Under the pieces are notes generated by a model. That model saw only the letters and a list, made by a program, of their open reading frames with translations, ran no database searches and was not told the DNA's origin. Made by a program: the position numbers and the translations under genes. Positions 30,077 through 40,277 of a stretch of 64,000 nucleotides of DNA are shown in pieces. Numbering within the stretch: the first letter of the stretch is position 1; each line of letters opens with the position of its first letter. Source of the stretch: Giardia intestinalis (taxonomy: Eukaryota); NCBI GenBank assembly GCA_000002435.2, contig CM018790.1. One strand, written 5' to 3'.

Positions 30077-32941
30077 CTACTGTATGCCGAATGTTGGGGC
30101 AAGATGGGTAAATACATACTCACCTGGCGCGTCCTCGAGTAGCCAGCGATACTCCATGACCATTTTATCGAAGACCACCTTTGCAATGGCTCGACGTTCT
30201 ATTTCTGTCATCGTAGCATCTAGTGGCAGGTTGAGAACCAGCAGATTGATACTGGTATCATATGTAAGGCGCGAATGGCCTTCAGCAGCCATTATATACC
30301 GCATGCTTTGGCACATGGCCACTAATATAGTATATGATAAATCTATCGTTAGTACATTCGCAGAGGATTGGGATTGGTCTACAGTTCGCTCTGAGCGCCT
30401 CTCTCTGCCTCGTCCGTTGTCTTCATCAATGAGATCATCCGACCCATCCTGATCAATCTGACCCCGTGAGCCAGCTTTTGGCCTATTCAATAGATTGTCC
30501 AACTGTACCCTTCCATCAGTCAGCACTTCTACTTCGAACTTGATAATCTGATCTGCTACGTTAACGCAGGTCGTAGAAACCAGCTCAGCTGCCTTCTTTA
30601 CGTGCTCCTTGGTGATGGCCGTTGCCAAGCAGAGCCTTGCAAATGCCTCTGAGAGTCGCACAAGAGACTCCAGTTGACGTACAGTGATGCGAAAGCTCCT
30701 AGAGGTTGAGCCCACGTCTCTTCTACGAAGCTCAACCCATTGGTGAGAAATCTCGTCGATGGCGTCCTTTTGCAGTATGGGGCGAATAGTACGGCCTAAC
30801 GAAAGGTACAGTTGGATGATTTTGAAGGGGTACGGCACCTGGGGCTCTCCCCCAAGGTTCAGCAAGCTCCCTACGTTCTGGCAGTACTCCATGGCGTACC
30901 TCTCCTCCTGGGTAAGGTGATCAATATTAATCGGCTGAGATAAATTATTCTCCGGGTTGATTTCTTTTGCATATTGATATGCCGTGTTCCGGAGGACCTG
31001 CATGGTTATTATTCTGGATGCAACAAAGTTATCGACCTCCTTGTTGGGCTCATCTAGCAATACAAATGCCAGGTCGAAGCGGCTAAGGATAGGCTGGGAG
31101 ATGTTTATGTTGTTCTTAAGGGACTTGTTGCGTTGGTACCTTGAGCCTATCGGATTCATGGCGGCGAGCACTGGGGTCTTTGCTTTCAGAGTAATTGAGA
31201 TACCTGCCTTATTGATCGACACGCTCTGCTGCTCTAAACACTCATGCAGGGCTGTTTGATCGGTTACGCTTATCTTTTCAAACTCATCTATGAGGCACAG
31301 GCCGCCGTCTGCACGGATTAGAGCCCCTGCTTCCACAGTATATTCTCCTGTATCCGGATCAGTCACAACTGCAGCAGTGAGGCCTGCAGCAGTGCTGGAT
31401 TTCCCACTTGTGTAAACTGCCTTTTGATGAAAGTCTGCGGTATACTGAAGAAGCTGAGATTTAGCAGTGCTGGGGTCGCCAATGAGAAGAATATTGATGT
31501 CGGACCTAATTGAGAGATGCTCTGATCTGGTTATTTTCTTGATACCGCCTAGAAGCTGAAGGAGAATACCTAGCTTGACTGTCTCGTGTCCATAGATATG
31601 TGGGGCGAACGATGCAACCAAGTTAGAAACGATATTGGGGTCGTTGCGCATATTGGATACAGCCTCACGATACTCATCTGATAAGGAATCGAGCATGGCT
31701 GCAAGCGTTTGCTCCACGTCTTCGTTCGCTACCTCATCAGAGTGCTTGGTCAGCTGCTCTTCAAATGCGATCAGGAACGACGGTTTGTGAGCGTTGTAAT
31801 CCATGGGATCGTTATCACTGGCTCCATCTATTGCTTCTGGTTGATTGCCTCCCTCTGGAACTGGTCCAAAGATATCTTTGCTCATCTTGCAATATATGTG
31901 ACTTCCAATTATGACGTTTCTATAGGTAATTTCCCGGAGGCCTACACCTGTTATGCCAGTAACCCCCTCCTCATATCTTCCTCTCTGGATGTTGTCTTGG
32001 ACCGCTGCTGAAGTCATATTCCCACTCTCAATGGAATATCCTGCTATGACGCTTTTAAGAGACGATGATCGTATTTCATATGGCATGGACATTGCTGAGA
32101 TATTCGGTTGAACTATGAGGCACCCCGTCAAATTCACGCGATCACCAGGCTTGAGGACCCCTGCAAAGGTCTCTCGAAGGATGACATCATATGACGCGGG
32201 TGTTATGCGGGTGGGGTCTCCCCCCTCTTCGCTGGTTGTTGTATCTGCAATGCTTTCTTGCAGGCGAACTCGTTGTGTGTCAGCAAAGGTGCACTGGTCA
32301 GTCAGCAGCTCAAAGGTGGTGCCGCCAACACTGCTCCGAGCGGAGCACCGAGGACATGAGGCCGGCTCGGTGAACTTGTAGTCCTGGGCCACATTCGGTA
32401 TTACCTCTCCACAACTAGCGCACCTGAAGGTTCCCAAAATAAGTTCTGGCTGTACATCAGATGTCCTGGTCACGGTTCCGACCAGCTCCACCAATTGGCC
32501 AATGTGCGAGGACGTCAACTCAGAAAGCAGCAGAACATTATTCATTCCATAGCAGCTGATGTAAAGTGGTCGAAGCACCTGCTGTTGCCCGGATGTCAGG
32601 ACCTGGAATGCAGCGCCTCTGTAAGGAGCTAGGGTGGTGTTGAGTACTATCCTGATCGCCTCTACAATCAAAGGCTCAAAGACATAGAATTGCTTGCGAA
32701 CAGTCTCGCAGTATGCCTGCGTGCGAATATTATCGTACAAGTGGCTGAAGTTAATGTAAAGGGTGTTGGAGTCGTTGTCAATCATTTGTCGCATCCGCCT
32801 TAGATAAATGGCCGTTGAAACATCCGGCTCCTTGTCTGGATCTCCTGTGTACGTGTTAAAGAACTCTACAAAAAGCTGGATATGCCCATCCCGAAGCTCC
32901 TGCGCGCTCTGGCCGCCAGAGGTATCCATTTTTATAGACAT
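30077..32941 (-). CDS. MCM6: MCM replicative helicase subunit, best match MCM6
   Basis: It has a C4 zinc finger (CASCGEV...CPRCS), Walker A (GDPSTAKSQLL) and Walker B (LIDEFEKI). The block LEQQSVSINKAGISITLKAKTPVLAAMNPIGSRYQRNKSLKNNINISQPILSRFDLAFVLLDE is closest to MCM6 (MEQQTISITKAG...[37 protein letters not shown]). Confidence 0.75.
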   Translation of the reverse strand: MSIKMDTSGGQSAQELRDGHIQLFVEFFNTYTGDPDKEPDVSTAIYLRRMRQMIDNDSNTLYINFSHLYDNIRTQAYCETVRKQFYVFEPLIVEAIRIVLNTTLAPYRGAAFQVLTSGQQQVLRPLYISCYGMNNVLLLSELTSSHIGQLVELVGTVTRTSDVQPELILGTFRCASCGEVIPNVAQDYKFTEPASCPRCSARSSVGGTTFELLTDQCTFADTQRVRLQESIADTTTSEEGGDPTRITPASYDVILRETFAGVLKPGDRVNLTGCLIVQPNISAMSMPYEIRSSSLKSVIAGYSIESGNMTSAAVQDNIQRGRYEEGVTGITGVGLREITYRNVIIGSHIYCKMSKDIFGPVPEGGNQPEAIDGASDNDPMDYNAHKPSFLIAFEEQLTKHSDEVANEDVEQTLAAMLDSLSDEYREAVSNMRNDPNIVSNLVASFAPHIYGHETVKLGILLQLLGGIKKITRSEHLSIRSDINILLIGDPSTAKSQLLQYTADFHQKAVYTSGKSSTAAGLTAAVVTDPDTGEYTVEAGALIRADGGLCLIDEFEKISVTDQTALHECLEQQSVSINKAGISITLKAKTPVLAAMNPIGSRYQRNKSLKNNINISQPILSRFDLAFVLLDEPNKEVDNFVASRIITMQVLRNTAYQYAKEINPENNLSQPINIDHLTQEERYAMEYCQNVGSLLNLGGEPQVPYPFKIIQLYLSLGRTIRPILQKDAIDEISHQWVELRRRDVGSTSRSFRITVRQLESLVRLSEAFARLCLATAITKEHVKKAAELVSTTCVNVADQIIKFEVEVLTDGRVQLDNLLNRPKAGSRGQIDQDGSDDLIDEDNGRGRERRSERTVDQSQSSANVLTIDLSYTILVAMCQSMRYIMAAEGHSRLTYDTSINLLVLNLPLDATMTEIERRAIAKVVFDKMVMEYRWLLEDAPGEYVFTHLAPTFGIQ

Positions 32942-33076
32942 TAAAGGTATGATAGATGTGTACTTGATACTCCAGCTTACGAAAAGCTCTCTCTGGAAGC
33001 TCTTAGAGCTAACAGCCCTCCTCAGATTGCTGTAAGCACAGATATAATTTATTCTTAGTTTGAGGATTGGTGTAGC

Positions 33077-34513
33077 TTAATAAATCACCGGCTGGATGTT
33101 AAAATCGACTACGTGCCGCTCCCCCATGCTCTTTGCAAGGTCCTCATAGCCATGTCTGACCAGATCAACTATTCTGCTCCGTTCCTCAATGTCCTCCGGA
33201 CTCATATAATTGGTGTAGTGATGCAAGAAAGTGCGCGTCTTGTACATCTTATCGAAGGCTTGCTTGAGATGCGTAATGCTTCCTAGAATCTGAGGAGTGT
33301 TTCTGAGACAAACAGCGTCACAGTCAGCATGCGGAGGCTTGTTATTGCACAGCCCAACCTTGAACCCCTGCGAGCCCCAGCTCGGATGCTTGACATGCTC
33401 CTTTTGAATGAGTGCCTCCACTGCTGATGCTAGACGCCCGCTATCAGCGTTGGCCGACCTTCCCAGGATCGCAGACGCCAAGGAGAAATTGTGGGCCCCA
33501 ATAGGTCCTGCACTGTATTCCATGAGAAGCTGGTTATTGTTATTCAAGAGCTCCCTGACAGCAGCCTCAAGCGTACGATACGGAGGGGCCATTGGCAGGG
33601 GAGCCAGACTCGTACAAACTAGGTTCAGTTCTGGGAACGGAACCAGGTTGACGGATAGCTCGTTCAGGTCGACGTTCAGCTCTCCTCCAAAACGCATGCT
33701 TGCTGTAATGCAGCTCAGTGCGGTAGTAATTGTCTGGTTGACGTCTCTGAATGGTCTGTGCTTATTTCCAATGTCCCCTTGGCCTACAAGGGGGTCATTT
33801 GCAAGTCTTTTTGCATTGACCCGGACAGTCTTGTCCGGGTTTACCCGCTTATTTCCGAGGTTCTCCACACAACGCATAATGGACTCGTTGTCAAAGGGTA
33901 GTATGACATCTGCAGACTGCAAGAGGGAAGACAGAGCAAATACACTGTTGTATGGCGATGTTATGACATCGTTCGCGTTTCTACTTGGGATAATGGGCGC
34001 AGAAAGAATGGAGAGCCCGTGAAAGGCATCTGCTGTAAGCTCTAGCAATTTGCTTCCTAGCCCAGACCCTGTGCCACCTCCGAGAGACGAAAAGAAAAGG
34101 AAGCCCTGTGGTGAGTCACAACTTTCAAGGGCATGTTGGATTATGTTCAGGGCACGCTGACCATGCTCCTCGCCATATCCTGCGTACCCTGCGCCAAAAT
34201 TGTTCCCTGCCCCGGTACCAACCCGATCTTTAACCAAAAGAGTCTCATCAAAGATGGAATTAATATCGCTTGTCAGCAGACTGTTGAGTACGCCTTCTTC
34301 CATATCGATGAGCACAGCACGAGCTTTAAGCTTGGTTATGGGGGAATAGAGGCCTAAGTCCCTGCCTCGTGCGTCCACATTCCGGAAGAAAGTTGACATA
34401 GAATCGCTATAGTCCTTTCCATATGTGCTATGCTCGCCCAAGATGGTTCTCCAGAACTCTGCCCCTATTTGGTTTCCACACTGCCCCGTTTGAACGACCA
34501 AAATTTCACGCAT
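33077..34513 (-). CDS. TUBE: Epsilon-tubulin
   Basis: The tubulin GTP motif (GQCGNQIG, GGGTGSG) is present. The sequence is specifically epsilon-like: STFFRNVDAR...LKARAVLIDMEEGVLN and NDVITSPYNSVFALSSLLQSADVILPFDNES match human TUBE1 blocks (SSFFRNVDTR...LKARAVLIDMEEGVVN; DDVITSPYNSILAM...ADCVLPIDNQS). Confidence 0.8.
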   Translation of the reverse strand: MREILVVQTGQCGNQIGAEFWRTILGEHSTYGKDYSDSMSTFFRNVDARGRDLGLYSPITKLKARAVLIDMEEGVLNSLLTSDINSIFDETLLVKDRVGTGAGNNFGAGYAGYGEEHGQRALNIIQHALESCDSPQGFLFFSSLGGGTGSGLGSKLLELTADAFHGLSILSAPIIPSRNANDVITSPYNSVFALSSLLQSADVILPFDNESIMRCVENLGNKRVNPDKTVRVNAKRLANDPLVGQGDIGNKHRPFRDVNQTITTALSCITASMRFGGELNVDLNELSVNLVPFPELNLVCTSLAPLPMAPPYRTLEAAVRELLNNNNQLLMEYSAGPIGAHNFSLASAILGRSANADSGRLASAVEALIQKEHVKHPSWGSQGFKVGLCNNKPPHADCDAVCLRNTPQILGSITHLKQAFDKMYKTRTFLHHYTNYMSPEDIEERSRIVDLVRHGYEDLAKSMGERHVVDFNIQPVIY

Positions 34514-34531
34514 CCGGACTAGGTCCCAGAA

Positions 34532-35242
34532 TTAAGCCAAATTTATTATCGCTAAATCGTCCTCCACCTCGGCGAGACAGGCGGATGGATCCAAAAGCCA
34601 AGGCTCAAGCACTCGATCAAAAAGGATACGGAACCACGGGGTCATCTCTTCCCAATGGGCACGGATCTCAACCGTATTTGCCCACAATAACTCTGAGACT
34701 TCATCCTTATTATATGCTGTGGACTTAATAACGTCATTGATTAGGGCCACCTGCGTGCTATCGGCCACATGGAGCAGAACATAGTCTATCTCATGTTCGC
34801 ACAGATCTACCTTCTCCTCTCTGCCTGATGTCTGAACGGACAAAGCAACCGGAGACGTCGCCGCATACCTAAAGATCCATACGCAGCTCAGCGTGTCCTC
34901 AGGGTGTTGTAGAGGAACCCCAAGCTCAAACTGATACCGTCTACATGCGGCACGCTTGACACCAGCGATACCCTCGGCATCACTGGGGATTGAGGCGAGG
35001 GGATGGGAACAACATGTGTTTGATAGCATGCTGGGAAACGAAGCTTTGGTTGAGGCTCTGCGCTGAAGAAGAACCCTTTTTTGGTTGTCTACGGTAACAA
35101 CAGAAAATGCACGGTGGAGCAGCCCGCCGCGCGTATGTGCAACAAACTTTGGGGCTCTGCCAATTATCTTGTTTTCCTCATCAACAAGAATAACATCGTC
35201 TGTAGCTGGCTCTGCATGTGCCTTCATCTGGGGGCTCAGCAT
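34532..35242 (-). CDS. IDI1: Isopentenyl-diphosphate delta-isomerase, type I (Nudix)
   Basis: LLHRAFSVV...LLQRRASTKASFPSMLSNTCCSHPL, GVKRAACRR, EHEIDYVLL and TPWFRILF match the IDI1 active-site blocks (LHRAFSVFLFN...QQRS..KITFPG..TNTCCSHPL; GEHEIDYIL; TPWFKII). Confidence 0.8.
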   Translation of the reverse strand: MLSPQMKAHAEPATDDVILVDEENKIIGRAPKFVAHTRGGLLHRAFSVVTVDNQKRVLLQRRASTKASFPSMLSNTCCSHPLASIPSDAEGIAGVKRAACRRYQFELGVPLQHPEDTLSCVWIFRYAATSPVALSVQTSGREEKVDLCEHEIDYVLLHVADSTQVALINDVIKSTAYNKDEVSELLWANTVEIRAHWEEMTPWFRILFDRVLEPWLLDPSACLAEVEDDLAIINLA

Positions 35243-35353
35243 CTCCTGAAAAGACTCGTGGACCAGAACTTAGAGCTTAGACTTGTAACCTGTGCTTGAT
35301 AACTTATTTGACAATTTAAATGAAATTCTAAGTTTTGCATTGGACAGAAACAA

Positions 35354-35617
35354 ATGAAGCAATCTAGATGCACCAACGCTTGGACCGATAGGGATAGCAA
35401 GCTACTACATCCCGATTGCCTATCAACTATCCGCTCCTTCGTCTCTGAACAAGAGCCTGGCGTGGAGCCTCTCGAGATATTTGGAGCTCGCAGTAAAATC
35501 GTAGAAGTTGGCTATGATACAATGGTAAATGTTAGAACAACGTCTACTTCCACTTATAAGATAGTGCTGTGGTTCGATCTGGAGCGTTTCCACGTCAAGG
35601 AGTTTGAGAAGCTCTAA
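35354..35617 (+). CDS. Small hypothetical ORF (87 aa) in a 467-bp intergenic gap
   Basis: The ATG is preceded by an AT-rich initiator (aaatgaaattctaagttttgcattggacagaaacaaATG). I found no recognisable domain, so it could be non-coding. Confidence 0.2.
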   Translation: MKQSRCTNAWTDRDSKLLHPDCLSTIRSFVSEQEPGVEPLEIFGARSKIVEVGYDTMVNVRTTSTSTYKIVLWFDLERFHVKEFEKL

Positions 35618-35709
35618 CGGTGTAAACACTGGTCGAGACAAGGATATGCGAAGTCTTTATGCCTAGCGTTGCCTAATGCAATGTTGCAAGCTACTCTACT
35701 CTTGCTTAC

Positions 35710-38700
35710 CTAAGTCAATCTTAAAACTGGAAGAAGCATCTCAGACACTATGGGGGTTTGGTCTTCCGGTAAATCATTCGCCAAGAGGTCATCGGGGAGG
35801 TCGCTTGACAATAGGCTGCCATATTCTCGTGCTGCGCGGAATATTGGGTCCAGTATTCTCTTGCGCAAGAACCCGTCGATAAAGCACTCCACAGGGAGGG
35901 AGGAAATTACCGACAGAAGCACAACTGGTTCGTTTCCAAAGCTCACAAGTTGCCTGACAACCTTGTGCTTTAGCTGCAGTGCATTCCTCATGAACACAAG
36001 TCCGCACAGGAGCGCTGGGCTGAGACTAGTGTACATGCAATCATGCACCACCGCTTCAAATGGATACACGTTCGCCTGAAAAATGACCTGAGGAGATCCT
36101 GTGATGCGCAGTGCAGAGAGCATGAGCGTTGGCTCCTTGCTTTTTGTGCAGTAAGTGGTGCCAACTCCATATGAATTGGGCTTGCTGGCCATGCCCTCAT
36201 CTGCCGACACAATATAGTATCGTGGAAAACAGATGCAATATGGGGTCTGCATATTCACGTAGAGAGACGGTTCATCTGCAAATAGAGCGCCGGGTAGGGG
36301 CAGAACTGAAAGAGAATGGGACATCTCTAACAGGACGACTTCATCCCTTGAGAGAGCATCTATGAAGACAGTGGGAAACTTTGTGACGAGATGAGCAAGC
36401 AGGGTAAAGCACTCTGCGACTATCGACTGCAGATCGACCGACAAGACGTGGTCTTCAACGCCCCTCTGGTGCCGAGAAAACAGCTGAGAGGATGTCAGGT
36501 CGCCCATATCGATGTTATCGGTTATGTGACGGGCAAAGGACCTTAGACGGAAGTGTTTCCTCTCCTTAGAGTGGCTTGCAAAAGATGTGGACGATAGAAG
36601 AAGTTGGGAAAGACAGCTAATAGCTGCCTTACATAGACACGATAAGCCTGGCCCAAAGTACGAGTTAAAACCTTCTTGGTCATATAGTAGAAAGCTGTCG
36701 ATTGCTATGCGCAAAGCCTGCTGAACTGCAGAAAAATTATCGTGCACTATTGCCAGCTCAGTGCAGCAAGCATCACTACGGGTCAAGAATGACTCGCTCG
36801 GTATTATCGGTATACTTATCCGGGCCCATACGCCATCGACTATAAACCTGTCCTTGAAGAATGCATCCAATATGGCTGCTGCCCGCACATTGGCTGTCAG
36901 GTGGACCATCTTAAGTGCTACGGAGAGAAAGCTGTACACCAATGCCTCTTTACATACACCAGGAGTCTTATTCAGATACCTCGTAATGTTGGTTAACGGT
37001 ACAGAGGTGGCAGTATAGATTGATTTGAGCTCCGGGTGCTCATGGCATTGTGGGAGAAAGATTGCGCTAAAGCGGAGATAGGTAGATGCAAGAAAGAGTG
37101 CCAGAGTAGAGGCATCTATTAGGAGGCTTATCTCATCAGTGGAATAACCCCCTCGTTCTAAAAGGGGTATTATCTCTTGGGCTGCAGCAACGCACTTATG
37201 CAAGTAGTTGGTAGTGAGTGCTGCGATTGACAGCATAACTGCGTACGTATATGTATGAATTTCGGAGTGATCGTGCCCTATGATGGCAATGGTGTCTGAG
37301 AAGATGGACTCTGCGTTGTTAGCGTCCTTGAGCTTGTAGCGGCTGCCAGGCCAGGATAGCAGATACTGTACCCAAGCCTGCTTATCTATTGGTTCGGAAG
37401 TTGTTGCTCTATCTCTAGTTGCTTCTTCTTGCGCTTGAACAGGAGCCCCTACAAGAATCTTCTCTGCACGAATCACCACTTTGGAGGTATATTCTCGAAG
37501 AGGAAAGGCTGTGTCAGTATAGAATCTCGAGACATTCCTGATGGCCACCATTGCCAACTGTTGCAGTGCTATCCACTGCAGCGTGAGTGTTTCATGCAAC
37601 TCGATGCTTTCAGTCAAAGCCGTGGCCTCAGAAAGGCTATGAATTGATGCAGATATCTTTCCATTGGTATGCTCAGTAGAAGCAGCCCCATGTATGCCAT
37701 AGTTTATGCTCGGAGGCCATACGGTATCAACCTGTTTGTAAACCAGCTCACTGCCCTGCACAGTAAGCGACCCCGATAGAAGTTGGGGGCTGCTATCCTT
37801 GGAGTCTCGCGTGGACTCCTTCATATTTTCCTTGTAGCGTGTAGTCGACGAGAGTGCCTTTTCTTTTATGCGCTTGTTGAACTCCTCTCGTCTGTTGTGT
37901 ATGAGCTCGTACCTTGCCTTGAGGCTCTTCATGGTTTGCTCAGCGTACTGTGCACGTCTTTGGCTGGCGAGAGTAACTCGCTGGATGCTATTTTTCGCAG
38001 CCTCCTGGACCGCCAGCAGCTGAGATTCCCGTAAGACCTGTGCACGGGTTTGCCGTTCAGTAAACTGCGTCTGCAAAAGAGCATTCTCCTCCTCTAGTTG
38101 CTTTCGAACCTGTGCTGTCTTTGTGATGACCTCATCTAACTCCTTTTTCAGCCTAGTGTTCCTGGTCTTTAGAAGGCTGTTCCGTCTCTTCTCGGCTTCT
38201 TTGTACTTTGCCTCCAGCTTAGCTTTTGAAGTATCTAAGTCCACTGTGGACCCAGTAACCCATTTATTCGGGCTGAATGGTGCTCGCAGCTGTGAAGAAG
38301 TTGGGGACCCCGGAAGACTAGTTACTCTCTTGGGTGTTGTGGGGGCCTTCCTGGACTCGGTTGATGGAAAGTCTATCTCTAGGTACTCAAAGGCCGGGGC
38401 CGTGACTTGCCTTTCACTCTTGTCTGATGCCTCGGCGTCCGACCCATTGAAGTACCTGAAGGGAGGAATGGCAGTTTCAACAGGCTGGAGTCCTGGTGGT
38501 GGAAAGGAAAAGACATTTGCAGAGGACGACGGTTGCCCCAGGATGGGTATACTCGGGATGGGAGGAAGCGGCTGAGTTAACCCCGGCGGAGGCAGAAGCG
38601 GTATCTGGAAAGGAAATTGGTTGGATGATGTAGAGATAGCAGGATATAGAGGCAGCCCTGTGGAAAAGAAAGGAGGATAACCCATAGCAGAAAAAGCATC

Positions 38701-38931
38701 CATACTATTAGTGCTTGAACCACAAGGGCTAGGGAACGTCCCCTCAGCATCTTGCACTAGTACAAGCAACTCCATCAGAAGCTGACACACAGTGCTCTGA
38801 AAGGCAGCATAACCAGGAGCAGAGATAAGCTCTCTTTTGTTAACAATGCTAGACACATCATGGAGGACCCCTTTCAGTGTACGCACAATGTTGCCAAAAA
38901 GTAGCTCGACATAGCTAGACACAAAAGTCAT
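35710..38931 (-). CDS. Large (1073 aa) hypothetical protein with a central coiled-coil segment
   Basis: It is an uninterrupted ORF. Its ATG abuts an AT-rich bidirectional spacer. Confidence 0.55.
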   Translation of the reverse strand: MTFVSSYVELLFGNIVRTLKGVLHDVSSIVNKRELISAPGYAAFQSTVCQLLMELLVLVQDAEGTFPSPCGSSTNSMDAFSAMGYPPFFSTGLPLYPAISTSSNQFPFQIPLLPPPGLTQPLPPIPSIPILGQPSSSANVFSFPPPGLQPVETAIPPFRYFNGSDAEASDKSERQVTAPAFEYLEIDFPSTESRKAPTTPKRVTSLPGSPTSSQLRAPFSPNKWVTGSTVDLDTSKAKLEAKYKEAEKRRNSLLKTRNTRLKKELDEVITKTAQVRKQLEEENALLQTQFTERQTRAQVLRESQLLAVQEAAKNSIQRVTLASQRRAQYAEQTMKSLKARYELIHNRREEFNKRIKEKALSSTTRYKENMKESTRDSKDSSPQLLSGSLTVQGSELVYKQVDTVWPPSINYGIHGAASTEHTNGKISASIHSLSEATALTESIELHETLTLQWIALQQLAMVAIRNVSRFYTDTAFPLREYTSKVVIRAEKILVGAPVQAQEEATRDRATTSEPIDKQAWVQYLLSWPGSRYKLKDANNAESIFSDTIAIIGHDHSEIHTYTYAVMLSIAALTTNYLHKCVAAAQEIIPLLERGGYSTDEISLLIDASTLALFLASTYLRFSAIFLPQCHEHPELKSIYTATSVPLTNITRYLNKTPGVCKEALVYSFLSVALKMVHLTANVRAAAILDAFFKDRFIVDGVWARISIPIIPSESFLTRSDACCTELAIVHDNFSAVQQALRIAIDSFLLYDQEGFNSYFGPGLSCLCKAAISCLSQLLLSSTSFASHSKERKHFRLRSFARHITDNIDMGDLTSSQLFSRHQRGVEDHVLSVDLQSIVAECFTLLAHLVTKFPTVFIDALSRDEVVLLEMSHSLSVLPLPGALFADEPSLYVNMQTPYCICFPRYYIVSADEGMASKPNSYGVGTTYCTKSKEPTLMLSALRITGSPQVIFQANVYPFEAVVHDCMYTSLSPALLCGLVFMRNALQLKHKVVRQLVSFGNEPVVLLSVISSLPVECFIDGFLRKRILDPIFRAAREYGSLLSSDLPDDLLANDLPEDQTPIVSEMLLPVLRLT

Positions 38932-38950
38932 ACAATTTATTAAAGGGCTT
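38932..38950. promoter_or_regulatory. 19-bp AT-rich bidirectional spacer (acaatttattaaagggctt) between the divergent ATGs at 38931 and 38951
   Basis: Direct reading of the sequence. Confidence 0.35.
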
Positions 38951-39304
38951 ATGGAGAAACTTTACACGTATATTGAGCAGACCCATGCCGCTCTGGAAGC
39001 TGGTGCCGTGCGGCCAAACACGCTGCTAGACAGCTTGCCGCCCGAACACAGCCACCTGAAGCAAGATATTCTTTTGCTATTTTCTAGCCAAATCGAGAAA
39101 ACAAAGGGCCTTTCAGACCCTCTTTCGAGGTTTCATACACCGTGCCTAACCGTACAAGAGAATTTGGAGGTGGCATGCATTGTTCGCAATGGGTTGGAGA
39201 TGAAGGCGGCGCGGCTTCCATCCCCCATCCACCCGCTTTTTCGCCTCTCAGTCCCTCAGGAGAATCTTATATCTATTGCTAAAAGAAGCTGGAGAAAGGG
39301 CTAA
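38951..39304 (+). CDS. Small hypothetical ORF (117 aa) initiated from the bidirectional spacer
   Basis: The only support is the ORF plus the AT-rich initiator. It may instead be a sterile divergent transcript. Confidence 0.25.
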   Translation: MEKLYTYIEQTHAALEAGAVRPNTLLDSLPPEHSHLKQDILLLFSSQIEKTKGLSDPLSRFHTPCLTVQENLEVACIVRNGLEMKAARLPSPIHPLFRLSVPQENLISIAKRSWRKG

Positions 39305-39390
39305 TCTTCGTATCGCACAACCGGTGAGCCCCTGGAATTTCTGGGCACAATTCAAAAATTGTAGCGAAAATAAATATAGTAATAAAATAA

Positions 39391-40206
39391 ATGGCATCCA
39401 AAGAGCCCTCGCGCAAGCAACAGATGACAGCCCAGGAGGCCGCGATTTCCGCATTAAAGGGCGTTCCGCTTGGAGAGAAGGGCGAGGCTCTTCTACAAGA
39501 TCTTAGAAGCAACGAGAAGTGTGCTGCAGCAGCACTTGCACTTCTCAGGATCTTGTCTGCACAGGTCGCCGAGGAAGACCAGCATGCAGAGGCACTGTCT
39601 ATGTTACGAGAGTTGATAGATTCTTCTGGCAGGGGATCCTTCGAGGTTTCAAGCGGAAAGATAGCTATGGATAACGTTTTAGGAACTAGCACCTATTCGG
39701 GCGCTGCGCTTGATGGCACATGGAATTTCCTCATAGATGACAACGAGGACGGGGACGCACGTGTCTGTAGATGCTATCACTCCTCGTACCCCCTGCTGGA
39801 CGCAGAGAAGGAGGCGGATAGGACGGCAATGGACAAGACCTTTACGGGAGAAGAAACAACCTTGTCCGGAGATCATGGGTTCATGTTCATCTGCGACGGT
39901 GCGGTCCACAATACGGATGAGGCCGTGCCAAAGGACACCGCTATCTGGCTCAAAGGTGACAGAGCGACAAAATGGTATAGCTACCATGCTGCCCTTGCTA
40001 CAGATCTGCTGCTCGTGCATGCGGCGACGGAAAAGCCGTACGGCTTTATGATCGAAATTCCGGATGAGCAGGTTGTCACCGTGCAGAAGGATTCAAACGG
40101 CGTTATTGTTGGCTTCTACTTTGAGACAAGCTACGGGGACGAGGACGATGAGGACGACTTCGAGGGCTCACTTGCTTCTGAAGGCTCTGACGAGGAGGCA
40201 AACTAA
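39391..40206 (+). CDS. Hypothetical protein with an acidic C-terminal tail (GDEDDEDDFEGS...SDEEAN)
   Basis: It has a strong AT-rich initiator (aaataaatatagtaataaaataaATG). I found no recognisable domain. Confidence 0.5.
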   Translation: MASKEPSRKQQMTAQEAAISALKGVPLGEKGEALLQDLRSNEKCAAAALALLRILSAQVAEEDQHAEALSMLRELIDSSGRGSFEVSSGKIAMDNVLGTSTYSGAALDGTWNFLIDDNEDGDARVCRCYHSSYPLLDAEKEADRTAMDKTFTGEETTLSGDHGFMFICDGAVHNTDEAVPKDTAIWLKGDRATKWYSYHAALATDLLLVHAATEKPYGFMIEIPDEQVVTVQKDSNGVIVGFYFETSYGDEDDEDDFEGSLASEGSDEEAN

Positions 40207-40277
40207 TTCTAAGGTAAATCAAACTCTGTGCGGTGTGTTTACATTACAACCTGCTCTGCTTCCAGACCCGGTTCTGA

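Noticed and set aside
29743-30186. A 147-aa ORF as given in the track
   Set aside because: Its first 64 codons overlap the 3' end of MCM6 in another frame. The Sm-fold protein starts at the internal ATG at 29994, so I trimmed it rather than rejecting it.
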